From: Elusimicrobia bacterium RIFOXYA12_FULL_57_11
Lineage (GTDB): Bacteria; Elusimicrobiota; Elusimicrobia; Elusimicrobiales; UBA9959
Direction of reading: 5' to 3'
Length of the DNA stretch: 38,367 nt
NCBI GenBank assembly: GCA_001800275.1
Contig: MGVB01000096.1
Coordinates: forward strand, 1 to 38,367
Part shown: positions 8,473 to 18,059 of the stretch, one piece after another
How positions within the stretch are numbered: position 1 is the first letter of the stretch
Layout of the letters: each line of letters begins with the position of its first letter
Program-made: the position numbers and the translations under genes
Notes under the pieces: generated by a model
The model's database searches: none
The model's input: only the letters and a program-made list of their open reading frames with translations
Told to the model about the DNA's origin: nothing

Positions 8473-9672
8473 TTAATGGTGGTGCGGCTCGCAGGCATCC
8501 ATGCCGAACAGCGGCTTGCCGTCCGCAAAAGGCGAAATGGCGCGCAGGCGCGCTATGACCGGGGCGAACTCCCGGATTATATGGTCCACCTCTTCCTGCG
8601 TATTATATACGCTCAATGAAAACCGGACGGAGCCGTGGGCGTAGGTTTGCGGCACCGCCATGGACATCAGCACGTGCGACGGTTCCAGCGAGCCGGAAGT
8701 GCAGGCCGAACCCGACGAGGCGCAGATACCCTTCTCGCTGATCATCAGCAGTATGGATTCTCCCTCTATATATTCGAAGCTGATATTGGTGGTGTTGGGC
8801 AGGCGCGGGGCGCCGCCGCCGTTAACCCTGGCGTTTTTGATCTTCAGCAGGCCGGCCTCAAGCCGGTCGCGCAGCTCTTTTACATAAGTATTCTCTTTTT
8901 CCAGGTTGGCGGCGGCCAGCTCACAGGCTTTACCGAGGCCGGCAATGTAGGGCACGTTCTCGGTTCCGGCGCGGCGGCCGCACTCCTGGTGGCCGCCCAG
9001 CATGAACGGCGAGAAGCGTATGCCCTTGCGAACATACAGCGCGCCTATACCCTTGGGGGCGTGCAGTTTGTGTCCGGACAGGGAGAGCAGGTCTATCTTG
9101 GTCTCCTTGAGGTTGATGGGCAGCTTCCCTACGGCCTGCACAGCGTCGGTGTGGAAGAGCGCGCCTTTGGCGTGGGTGATGCGGGCGGCTTCTTCTACGG
9201 GGAAAATGACGCCGGTCTCGTTATTGGCCCACATCATGGAGACAAGGGCAGTATCGGGAGTGAGGGCGGTCTTAAGGTCGGAGAGGTTTACCTGCCCCGC
9301 AGCGTCCACCGGAAGATACGTCACGCGGTAACCCTTGGTCTCCATGTGTTTGGCAAGGTTGAGCACTGCGGGATGCTCCACCTTGGTGGTGATGAAATGG
9401 TTCTTCTCGGGGTAGGACTGGATGGTGGACCAAATGGCGGTGGAATCCGATTCGGTACCGCAGCTGGTGAAGATAATCTCTTCCGGGGTGGCGCCAAGGA
9501 GGTTTGCCACGCGGGAGCGCGCCAGGTCCAGGTATTTCTGGTTGCCGCCGCCGAAGAAGTGCATACTTGACGGGTTGCCGTAGAGTTCGCCGAAGAACGG
9601 CTCCATCTCTTTGGCCACTTCCGGCGCCACGCGGCTGGTGGCGTTATTGTCGAAGTAATAAACTTTGTCCAT
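8473..9672 (-). CDS. nifS: Cysteine desulfurase, NifS/IscS class
   Basis: It has the PLP-lysine motif SLSGHKLHAPKGIGALY and the catalytic loop SSGSACTSGSLEPSHVL. The N-terminus is YFDNNATS. It lies downstream of nifU. Confidence 0.93.
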   Translation of the reverse strand: MDKVYYFDNNATSRVAPEVAKEMEPFFGELYGNPSSMHFFGGGNQKYLDLARSRVANLLGATPEEIIFTSCGTESDSTAIWSTIQSYPEKNHFITTKVEHPAVLNLAKHMETKGYRVTYLPVDAAGQVNLSDLKTALTPDTALVSMMWANNETGVIFPVEEAARITHAKGALFHTDAVQAVGKLPINLKETKIDLLSLSGHKLHAPKGIGALYVRKGIRFSPFMLGGHQECGRRAGTENVPYIAGLGKACELAAANLEKENTYVKELRDRLEAGLLKIKNARVNGGGAPRLPNTTNISFEYIEGESILLMISEKGICASSGSACTSGSLEPSHVLMSMAVPQTYAHGSVRFSLSVYNTQEEVDHIIREFAPVIARLRAISPFADGKPLFGMDACEPHHH

Positions 9673-9765
9673 AGAATATCCTTATTTCACGGCAGCCCGG
9701 ACAATCCGGAAGCCCGGGTTGGGGACCGGGACTTACCCCTCTCTGCTTAACAAAAGCACACCCCT

Positions 9766-9898
9766 GGGTTCGGCTCGGGTTCTGCCTCTGCGGGGACGGG
9801 GTCGGGCACACCGTGCCCGCCCCTCCTCACTCGGCCTCGGCGCTGCGCAAGCCTCGGCCTCCGTGAAGCCCCGCAGAGGCAGAACCCAAACCGAACCC
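9766..9898. repeat. 133-nt GC-rich nested palindromic element in the nifU-nifS spacer
   Basis: The 30-nt arms are GGGTTCGG-CTC-GGGTTCTGCCTCTGCGGGG (9766-9795) and CCCCGCAGAGGCAGAACCC-AAA-CCGAACCC (9869-9898). They give 19 bp perfect, a 3x3 internal loop, then 8 bp. An inner hairpin at 9798-9823 has 11 bp with one bulge. CTCGGCCTC is duplicated at 9830-9838 and 9853-9861. Confidence 0.85.
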
Positions 9899-9904
9899 TG
9901 CAGC

Positions 9905-10738
9905 CTATTCGGCTTCTATCTCTATGGCGGGGTCTATGCGCTCGCGCAATTCTTTTTCCACCACGTTCTTGAGCGTGGCGCCGGAAGACGGGCAGCCGTG
10001 GCACATACCCAGGAAGCGCAGCTTTACTTTCTGGCCCTGGATATCCACCAGCTCCATCCAGCCGCCGTCGGCTTTCAGTTTGGGATTGATCTCTTCGGCC
10101 AGCACTTTCTCGATAATCTTTATTTTCTCGACCACGGTCATCTTGTCGAAGTGTTTATGTTCGGCCTCGGCCCAGTGGTCTTTCAGTATCTTTTCTATCT
10201 CGCCTTTGCACTGGCCGCAGCCGCCGCCGGCCTTGGTGAAATTGGTCACTTCTTCCACCGTGTGGAGTTTATTCAGCTTTATAGCCTTGAGGATGGCAGA
10301 TTCCGTGACGCTGAAACACTTGCAGACTATCTTCTCGGCCTGGCCGATAATGATCTTTTCCTGCTTGCCGCCGCGGTAGTTTTTTATGGCGGCCTCCAGG
10401 GCCTCCATGCCCATCACGGAGCAGTGCATCTTCTCGCCGGGCAGGCCGCCCAGGTAGTCGGCTATCTGCTGATTGGTTATCTTTGAAGCTTCCGCCAGGG
10501 TGAGCCCCCTCACCATCTCCGTAAGCGCCGAGGAGGAGGCTATGGCGCTGGCGCAGCCGAAGGTTTTGAATTTCGCGTCCACTATCTTGTCGGCAGCTTT
10601 ATCTATGCGCAGCGTCAGCTTTAGCGCGTCACCGCAGACTATGCTGCCTATCTCGCCCACCCCGTCGGGATTCTCTATTTCCCCCACGTTTTTGGGATTT
10701 TTAAAGTGTTCGAAGACCTTATCTGTGTAGTTCCACAT
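9905..10738 (-). CDS. nifU: NifU-type Fe-S cluster scaffold (IscU-like N domain, BFD-like [2Fe-2S] middle, Nfu C domain)
   Basis: Motifs are NPKNVGEIENPDGVGEIGSIVCGDALKL, KFKTFGCASAIASS, MHCSVMG, central GGGCGQCKGEI and C-terminal FLGMCHGCPSS. AGGGAG lies upstream of the ATG. A TATAAT on the minus strand is at 10776-10781. Confidence 0.93.
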   Translation of the reverse strand: MWNYTDKVFEHFKNPKNVGEIENPDGVGEIGSIVCGDALKLTLRIDKAADKIVDAKFKTFGCASAIASSSALTEMVRGLTLAEASKITNQQIADYLGGLPGEKMHCSVMGMEALEAAIKNYRGGKQEKIIIGQAEKIVCKCFSVTESAILKAIKLNKLHTVEEVTNFTKAGGGCGQCKGEIEKILKDHWAEAEHKHFDKMTVVEKIKIIEKVLAEEINPKLKADGGWMELVDIQGQKVKLRFLGMCHGCPSSGATLKNVVEKELRERIDPAIEIEAE

Positions 10739-10814
10739 ATAAAAACTCCCTGACTAGACGCTTTTCCCTGCTGCTATTATATTAAATATGGTGCGAGCAG
10801 CCTCGGCGCGCGCC

Positions 10815-11360
10815 TCAGGGATTATCCCCGAATTCCTTCCTCAGCCCGCCGCGGTCCAGCGCCAAAGCCCACCACAGGCACAGCCCGCCGCCCGCCAGGC
10901 AGATAACGCGCAGGTAGAAAGCCGCGGTTTTCACTGCGGCGTTGAATTCCGGGGCGATGGACATCCCGTCGTACATCAGGGGCGCCGGTACTATCATGCC
11001 CGGGAACAGCAGCGCCAGGGCCGCGGCGGCGCTGAGCAGGTAAAGCATGGCCACGGCGCCGCGGCGGGCCCATCCGGCGCGCCGCCAGACCCCCAGGGCC
11101 AAAACGCAGCCGGACAGCCAGAACAGAGCCGCAACAAGGAACAACGGCACCGGGTGCCGCGCGGCGAAAGCGGCCAACGGCGGCATATTAACAGGCAGCA
11201 CAGCGCGTGAAAAGAACAAAAAGAACGCGGACGTGGAGGAAAGGCGCAGCATGGTGGCCAGGTCGGAGACGGCTAGCGCGCCCATAACGCCGCACAGACC
11301 GGCCAGCGCCAGGGCGGAGCCGGAAAGAACGCTGGACCTTCCTTCCTCGAAAATTTTCAT
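10815..11360 (-). CDS. Hypothetical integral membrane protein
   Basis: The 181-aa ORF has about 5 hydrophobic helices and no recognised motif. It is preferred over the overlapping plus-strand ORFs because of its clean TM periodicity. Confidence 0.55.
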   Translation of the reverse strand: MKIFEEGRSSVLSGSALALAGLCGVMGALAVSDLATMLRLSSTSAFFLFFSRAVLPVNMPPLAAFAARHPVPLFLVAALFWLSGCVLALGVWRRAGWARRGAVAMLYLLSAAAALALLFPGMIVPAPLMYDGMSIAPEFNAAVKTAAFYLRVICLAGGGLCLWWALALDRGGLRKEFGDNP

Positions 11361-11493
11361 TTGCCAGCCAGATTATATAATTTTATGCCCGCGCGCCGGG
11401 CCGGCGGCCCTTTACCCCCGCCTCCAAAAATTATTAAATAGTATCAGGCGCTTATTTGTGCCTCTAAAACCTCACCAGGAACCCGGAGCCACC

Positions 11494-11904
11494 ATGTCAG
11501 TAAAGCTTATACGGCAATACACGGTTTTCATCCCTAACATACCGGGCGCTCTGCATAAGTTCGTAGAACTGTTCGCTAACGAAGGCGTGAACATTATAGG
11601 CATAGCCTCTGAAATACGGGACGATTCCGGCGTTGTGCGCATTGCGGTGGACTCGGAGCGCAAGGTAAGCCATGTCCTGACCGGGGCCGGTTTTACGACA
11701 ATAGAGACTTTTCTTATCTCCGTAGAAATGCCCGACAAGCCCGGGCAGCTGCTGCGCCTCGCCCGCATACTGGGCGAGCACAGCATAAACATAACTACCG
11801 TTTACGGGACCTCCTTCGGCGGGGCAAGCGGACGCCTGCTGATAAACGTTTCGGATACCGACAGGGCGCTGGAAGTATTAAAAATAGAGCTGGCGGCAAA
11901 GTAG
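11494..11904 (+). CDS. ACT-domain protein (stand-alone, ~136 aa)
   Basis: The track ORF 11047..11904 has a low-complexity R/A/P-rich N-terminal extension that overlaps the minus-strand membrane gene. The internal ATG 11494 gives MSVKLIRQYTVFIPNIPGALHKFVELFANEGVNIIGI and a second repeat ISVEMPDKPGQLLRLARILGEHSINITTV, which are typical ACT beta-alpha-beta elements. Confidence 0.8.
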   Translation: MSVKLIRQYTVFIPNIPGALHKFVELFANEGVNIIGIASEIRDDSGVVRIAVDSERKVSHVLTGAGFTTIETFLISVEMPDKPGQLLRLARILGEHSINITTVYGTSFGGASGRLLINVSDTDRALEVLKIELAAK

Positions 11905-11931
11905 CCCCCGCCACAACCCGCAAACAAAAAA

Positions 11932-11958
11932 CCGCCCGCTTACAGCGGGCGGTTTTTT

Positions 11959-11959
<1 letters not shown>
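11932..11959. terminator. Bidirectional rho-independent terminator
   Basis: AAAAAA is followed by CCGCCCGC (11932-11939), the loop TTACA, GCGGGCGG (11945-11952) and TTTTTTT (11953-11959). It lies between the convergent ACT gene and ettA. Confidence 0.75.
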
Positions 11960-13650
<1,691 letters not shown>

Positions 13651-13699
13651 TTTTTTATCCTTATTCCGGGGCGATACCGCAAAAAACCCGGCTGGCGCG

Positions 13700-14452
13700 T
13701 CAGCGCGCCATTATATTTTTTCCGGCGTCCACTGCTCCGTAAAAATTATTGCGCCCTTCACGGCGCCAGGAATCGGCCGGGATGAACAGAGTATGTTTTT
13801 CGGTGGCCCTGCCAAGCAGCAGCGCGAGTTCACCCACGGTGCTTTTTAACAGAGAGTCCTCTCCGTTCTCGCCGGCGCCGCACGCCGCAAGATACACAGC
13901 GGCGTCCGCCCGGTAGGCGGCGGAGAGCCTTGAAAGGAAAACCTGTTTCGAACGGCGTCCCGCCGGGCTGCCGTCGTGTATTGAAAAGAACATCGTGTTG
14001 ACTCCAGGGGTCAGCACCGTTTTTTTTGTGAAACGGGTGGTCTCAACAAGCCTGAGCTCGTTCTCCAGGTTCAGGCGAAACAGCGTTATCAGCGCGTCTA
14101 TAGAGGATACCGCGTTAAAAAACACGGTCTGGATTCCCCGGGCCGCCGCGGTTTCGGCAAGTTTATGAAAGGGCTGGTTCAGGAACGCCGGGTTGCCGAA
14201 GGTCAGCATCCCCACGGTGCTCTGGGCAGCGAAGCCGGCCAGCACCAGTTTGTCCATATGGGCCTGCCCGGTCCAGGAAAAAAGTTCAAGCTTCGGCCCC
14301 AGCTCCCTGAATTTGGCGGAGAATTTGGCGGCCATTACCTTGTCAAAAACGGGGCAGTAAACCACACCGCATGTTTTGAAAGCCTCTATCGTCTCAAGCG
14401 TGATGTGCGAGAATTTCAGCCCGTAAGAAAAAATGTTGAGTGTTTTTTTCAC
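13700..14452 (-). CDS. Tetrapyrrole-methylase-fold (TP_methylase-like) protein, divergent paralog B
   Basis: It aligns by eye with the upstream paralog (LNIFSYGLKFSHITLETIEAFKTCGVVY; GMLTFGNPAFL; FFNAVSSIDAL). The Gly-rich N-terminal loop is degenerate. Its start overlaps the stop of paralog A (ATGA at 14449-14452). A hairpin TGGCGCG/CGCGCCA spans its stop codon. Confidence 0.7.
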   Translation of the reverse strand: MKKTLNIFSYGLKFSHITLETIEAFKTCGVVYCPVFDKVMAAKFSAKFRELGPKLELFSWTGQAHMDKLVLAGFAAQSTVGMLTFGNPAFLNQPFHKLAETAAARGIQTVFFNAVSSIDALITLFRLNLENELRLVETTRFTKKTVLTPGVNTMFFSIHDGSPAGRRSKQVFLSRLSAAYRADAAVYLAACGAGENGEDSLLKSTVGELALLLGRATEKHTLFIPADSWRREGRNNFYGAVDAGKNIMAR

Positions 14453-15198
14453 TTTTCCCTGTTCTGGTCTTTTTCAGAATTTATACCGGGCAGCACCACC
14501 GACATCATATGGGAAATCTTGTTTTCCAGACCCCGCATCTCACTCACCTTCGCCGCAAGCAGGACATCCCCGCCCCCGCCGTTACCGCATTTAACCGCGT
14601 ATATCCGGTGGCTGTCGGGATACTTACCCTCCACCAGCGCGCAAAACCGTTTAAAATCGTTCCTGGACGTGGCCTTGTCCACACACATCACCATGCAGGT
14701 AGTGGCAGGGGCCAGGGCCTGGCGCTTTTCAATGAGCGTGCCCATCTGCACTACCTGGAAGCCCTGCAGGAAAATACCTATCTTTCCGGCCATTACCCCC
14801 AGGATGCTGTCTATGGAAGACGGGGCCGTTACCACCACGCTTTTATGCCCCCGGGCGGCGCAATAGCGCATAAGCACAGACCCGTCGCTGAAGAGCATGG
14901 GATTGCCCGATGTAAGGTAGGCTATCCGCGCGCCCTTATCGAGCGCCGCGCAGATCTCCCTGCCCGCTATGCCCGCGCGCTGCTCGTTGTTCTTGGCATA
15001 AAAATCAGCGGTGTCATAGCAGCGCAGCTTCGGCCCCAGGCTTTTCAGTGCCAGGCCGATAGCACGCCAATCCCCGCTTGTATGGTAAACCGCATCGCAG
15101 GATTTCAACACCCGCATGGTGCGCGTGGTCATATCCCCGGTAAAATTTATGCCCAGGCCGCAGATATAAAGCTGCCCTGGCGCGGATTTCTTTCGCAT
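14449..15198 (-). CDS. Tetrapyrrole-methylase-fold (TP_methylase-like) SAM-dependent methyltransferase, paralog A
   Basis: Motif order matches PF00590-type enzymes: LYICGLGINFTGDMTTRTMRVLKSCDAVY (GxGxG-like loop), AYLTSGNPMLFS (GDP-like) and VVTAPSSIDSIL (PGxSS-like). Confidence 0.75.
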   Translation of the reverse strand: MRKKSAPGQLYICGLGINFTGDMTTRTMRVLKSCDAVYHTSGDWRAIGLALKSLGPKLRCYDTADFYAKNNEQRAGIAGREICAALDKGARIAYLTSGNPMLFSDGSVLMRYCAARGHKSVVVTAPSSIDSILGVMAGKIGIFLQGFQVVQMGTLIEKRQALAPATTCMVMCVDKATSRNDFKRFCALVEGKYPDSHRIYAVKCGNGGGGDVLLAAKVSEMRGLENKISHMMSVVLPGINSEKDQNREK

Positions 15199-15267
15199 GA
15201 TATGTTCAATAATACAAAATTTGGCCAGAGCCCATGCCCCGGGGCCATGGGGAAAGAACCACCGGGT

Positions 15268-16473
15268 TCAGCGGGTTTGCCGCGCGCGGCCCCCGTCCAC
15301 GGCCAGCGCGGCAAAAAAACCAGCCACGCTTAGCAGCGAAGCCGCGATGAAAACCGACTTATAACCGTACGCGGCCCACAGCAGGCCGCCAACCGCCGGG
15401 ATGCTCATTGAAACCGCGTGATCCATGGTTATGCCCAGGGAAACCGTGGGGGCGATATCCGATTTATGCTCCGCTATCCGGCTCAGGTAGGTGGTGCGCG
15501 CTATGCGCGTGGCGAACATCAGGTTGTCCAGGATGAACAAAGAGTAAAGCACGGGCCGAAAATCAGAAAAAATAAAGCCGCCGCAGATCACCAGCAGGAT
15601 AGCCGAATCGGCTATGAACATCTTGCGCTCGCCAACCTTATCCACTACCGCGCCAAAAGCCTGGCGGAAAACCACGCCCAGGGCCGCGGCGGCCATGGCG
15701 AGCATTGCCATAAGCGCCGGGCTGGCGTCGTACACCGTTACCAGCACCCAGGGAGCAAAAGTCAGGAAGATCTGCTTGCGCGCGCCGAAGAGTATATTCA
15801 GGAGGTAAAACCATTTATACTTCCACCTGAAGACGAAGCGCCTGCCCCCGGGAGCCGCGTCTTCACCGCCTTTTTTTATACGCGAAAAAAGGAAAGCTGA
15901 TGCCAGCGCGGCCAGCGCCGCCGCCAGAAAAACCCACCGGTAAAGCCCCGGGCCAACGATCCTGGCCAGCAGCCACACAAGCCCCGCGCCGGCGATAGCG
16001 GCTAAATTAGTGACACCGCTTATCTGCCCCAGCCGGCGCCCGCTCCCGCCCTCCCTGGCGAACCGCAGGCCCATCACACTTTCCACGGTCATGAACAAGT
16101 GCCCGCCTACGCTCCACAACAGCATCCACACCAGCATAAGGTTATAGGAAGGGGACAGGAAGGCCAGGCCCGCCACGCCTGCGGCGGTAAGCAGGCTGGT
16201 CAGTACCGCCCACTGCCTTACCGGCAGCGCGGCCAGCAGGCCGGTTATGAAGATCAGCAAAAAACCGGGCAGTTCGCGCGGGAATTCCAGAAAGCCGCGC
16301 TGTCCGGACGAAAGGCGGAACGAATCGTTCAGGTAATTATTGAAAGCGGAAGAAATCACCCCCGCGTTTATACCCAGGAAGAACACTCCCAGCAGGAAGG
16401 CTTTAAAAGCGGGCTCGGCGCTGCGCCAGCGGTTAACAAGGTTGTTCATAAGAAGCGGGGCGCACCGGCGCAA
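15268..16473 (-). CDS. MFS transporter
   Basis: The 401-aa ORF has about 12 hydrophobic helices in 6+6 organisation with a central basic loop (RIKKGGEDAAPGGRRFVFRWKYK). An alternative start is at 16449. Confidence 0.85.
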   Translation of the reverse strand: MRRCAPLLMNNLVNRWRSAEPAFKAFLLGVFFLGINAGVISSAFNNYLNDSFRLSSGQRGFLEFPRELPGFLLIFITGLLAALPVRQWAVLTSLLTAAGVAGLAFLSPSYNLMLVWMLLWSVGGHLFMTVESVMGLRFAREGGSGRRLGQISGVTNLAAIAGAGLVWLLARIVGPGLYRWVFLAAALAALASAFLFSRIKKGGEDAAPGGRRFVFRWKYKWFYLLNILFGARKQIFLTFAPWVLVTVYDASPALMAMLAMAAAALGVVFRQAFGAVVDKVGERKMFIADSAILLVICGGFIFSDFRPVLYSLFILDNLMFATRIARTTYLSRIAEHKSDIAPTVSLGITMDHAVSMSIPAVGGLLWAAYGYKSVFIAASLLSVAGFFAALAVDGGRARQTR

Positions 16474-16536
16474 GCAAGAACCACGGTACTAAGGGCTGAT
16501 ATACGGGGAACGACGGCTTGCCCGGCTAAAATAAAA

Positions 16537-16561
16537 CCGGCGCGGAACAGTGCCGCGCCGG
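16537..16561 (-). terminator. Rho-independent terminator after the C1 protease gene
   Basis: Stem CCGGCGCGG (16537-16545) / CCGCGCCGG (16553-16561). On the minus strand it is followed by TTTTATTTT (complement of 16528-16536). Confidence 0.55.
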
Positions 16562-16580
16562 TTGCAGCGGGCGCGGCCTT

Positions 16581-17576
16581 TTATTTCCAGCCGGCCGCGC
16601 CTTGCAGCATGGGGGTTATCCGGTCCCCACCGGCCAGCACGGCCTCGCCCACGGGGGTTTCGGTTTTTGACTCCCTGTAGGCTATGGTGCTCAGCCCCAG
16701 ATTCACCACGCTGCCCATTTCGGAATAGGCTATGCGGAAGTACCCGTCTTCGCCCCAGCCGGTATCCCAGCTGTTCTTAAGGATGAAATATTTCTCCTCG
16801 TCGTTATAACCCACAAGCAGGATAGCGTGGCCGCCCAGCTTTTTGCCGGTGGTATAAGAATAAATCCCGGATTTGTAGAGCATGAAGTCTTCATACACCA
16901 TCATGGCGGTAGGCAGCGGCCCGTACTTTATCAGCGCCGTTTTCAGGACCTCAATGTTTTTTGAGACCGAACCCCACGCCCCTACCTTATAGGCGGCGGC
17001 CTGCCAGCCGGTGGCGGCCGCAGCGCAGGAGCCGTCGGTAGCGGTGTAGGGATAGGCGGCTTCAACGGGCAGCCCGCTTTTTTTCAGGAAGGTCGCAGTA
17101 AGGCGCCCTCCGCTGCATGACCCGTCGCCGCTGCACGAAAGCATTACCTGCTCGGAAAGGTCCAAATCCACACCGGGAGTATTCTGTTTCAACAACGTGT
17201 AGGACTCTAGCCCGGCCGTCATGGCGAACGCCCAGCAGGAGCCGCATTTTTTCTGATTGCGCGGCGCGGTAACATAATTACCGTTGGCGGCGCGCCAGTC
17301 CAGGGCCGCGGGCAGTTCGGCCGCTGTTATAAGTTCTACAGGTTCAGCGTCCACCGGAACAAAATCAAGGCCTACCAGGTATTTCCAGTCTTCACGGGCG
17401 GCGGCCACCGAAGTTTCTCCGGCTGTCCACCGGGCGCCTTTCTTTTTTATCGCGGCCTGAACGTCTTTAACCTGGTCCTTAACGCCACCGGTCAGCGCGG
17501 TCTGACCGAATGCCGGCACAGCGTAAGGCAGCACGGCCACAATCGCCGCCGACAAAATTTTTTTATATTTAAACAT
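16581..17576 (-). CDS. Secreted papain-family (C1A) cysteine peptidase
   Basis: It has a signal peptide (KKILSAAIVAVLPYAVPAFG). The catalytic Cys motif is NQKKCGSCWAFAM. The His motif is GGHAILLVGY. The Asn/Trp motif is LKNSWDTGWGEDGYFRIAY. LPAALDWR precedes the mature domain. Confidence 0.9.
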   Translation of the reverse strand: MFKYKKILSAAIVAVLPYAVPAFGQTALTGGVKDQVKDVQAAIKKKGARWTAGETSVAAAREDWKYLVGLDFVPVDAEPVELITAAELPAALDWRAANGNYVTAPRNQKKCGSCWAFAMTAGLESYTLLKQNTPGVDLDLSEQVMLSCSGDGSCSGGRLTATFLKKSGLPVEAAYPYTATDGSCAAAATGWQAAAYKVGAWGSVSKNIEVLKTALIKYGPLPTAMMVYEDFMLYKSGIYSYTTGKKLGGHAILLVGYNDEEKYFILKNSWDTGWGEDGYFRIAYSEMGSVVNLGLSTIAYRESKTETPVGEAVLAGGDRITPMLQGAAGWK

Positions 17577-17600
17577 TGGTTCCCTCCAGTCCCTGCAGAA

Positions 17601-17629
17601 ATTCTACAGCTTGTACCCGCTAATGTCAA
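17601..17629 (-). promoter_or_regulatory. Near-consensus sigma70 promoter for the C1 protease gene
   Basis: The minus strand reads TTGACA (17629-17624), a 17-nt spacer, then TAGAAT (17606-17601). GGAGGG and the ATG at 17576 follow 24 nt downstream of the -10 element. Confidence 0.5.
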
Positions 17630-17642
17630 ACTCCGGCTCCCG

Positions 17643-18029
17643 CTATACGCCCAGGACTTCGGCGGCTTTTTCCAGCACTTTTTCCGGAGGGGTCATTTTG
17701 GGAAAGAAACAGATGAAACCGGGGCTGGCGGCAAAGACCCGGTTGAGTTCCATTTCCATCAGGTCTTCCCCGGTCATTACCACGAACGGGATCTTGGCCA
17801 GGCGCGGGTTGCGCACGGCCCGGCGCCCAAGTTCCAGCACGAACTCCTTGCCGGACATCTCCGGCATGGCAATATCCAGAATGATAAAATCTGGGATATC
17901 CTCTTTAAGTATGTCCAGCGCGCAGCGGCCGTTCTCCGCCTGCGCCACCTCGTGGCCGGACTCCTCGAACACGTATCGGAAGAGTTCGCGGATGGTGGGC
18001 TCGTCGTCTACTATGAGTATCTTTGCCAT
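17643..18029 (-). CDS. Single-domain response regulator (CheY-like receiver)
   Basis: MAKILIVDDEPTIRELF is followed by the phospho-acceptor context DFIILDIAMPEMSG. The 128 aa include no output domain. Confidence 0.9.
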   Translation of the reverse strand: MAKILIVDDEPTIRELFRYVFEESGHEVAQAENGRCALDILKEDIPDFIILDIAMPEMSGKEFVLELGRRAVRNPRLAKIPFVVMTGEDLMEMELNRVFAASPGFICFFPKMTPPEKVLEKAAEVLGV

Positions 18030-18059
18030 AAAAAATTACTTTAAAGAGACGCCGCCGGG

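Noticed and set aside
8473-8484. NifS ends in His-His-His, considered as a possible cloning or affinity-tag artefact.
   Set aside because: There are only three His codons, with no vector, linker or protease-site sequence. The surrounding genomic context is native.
9766-9898. The nifU-nifS palindromic element considered as a tRNA-like gene, a CRISPR repeat or a known self-cleaving ribozyme.
   Set aside because: It has no cloverleaf with T-loop or D-loop consensus. It is a single inverted copy with no regularly spaced direct repeats. I see no hammerhead CUGAUGA/GAAA core or other ribozyme core that I can recognise. It is kept as an unexplained structured element instead.
11047-11493. The long N-terminal extension of the ACT-domain ORF (track ORF 11047..11904), and the other ORFs 10788..11210 and 7019..7630.
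   Set aside because: Their translations are R/A/P/G-rich and low-complexity. They overlap better-supported genes on the opposite strand and have no motifs. The ACT domain begins at the internal ATG 11494.
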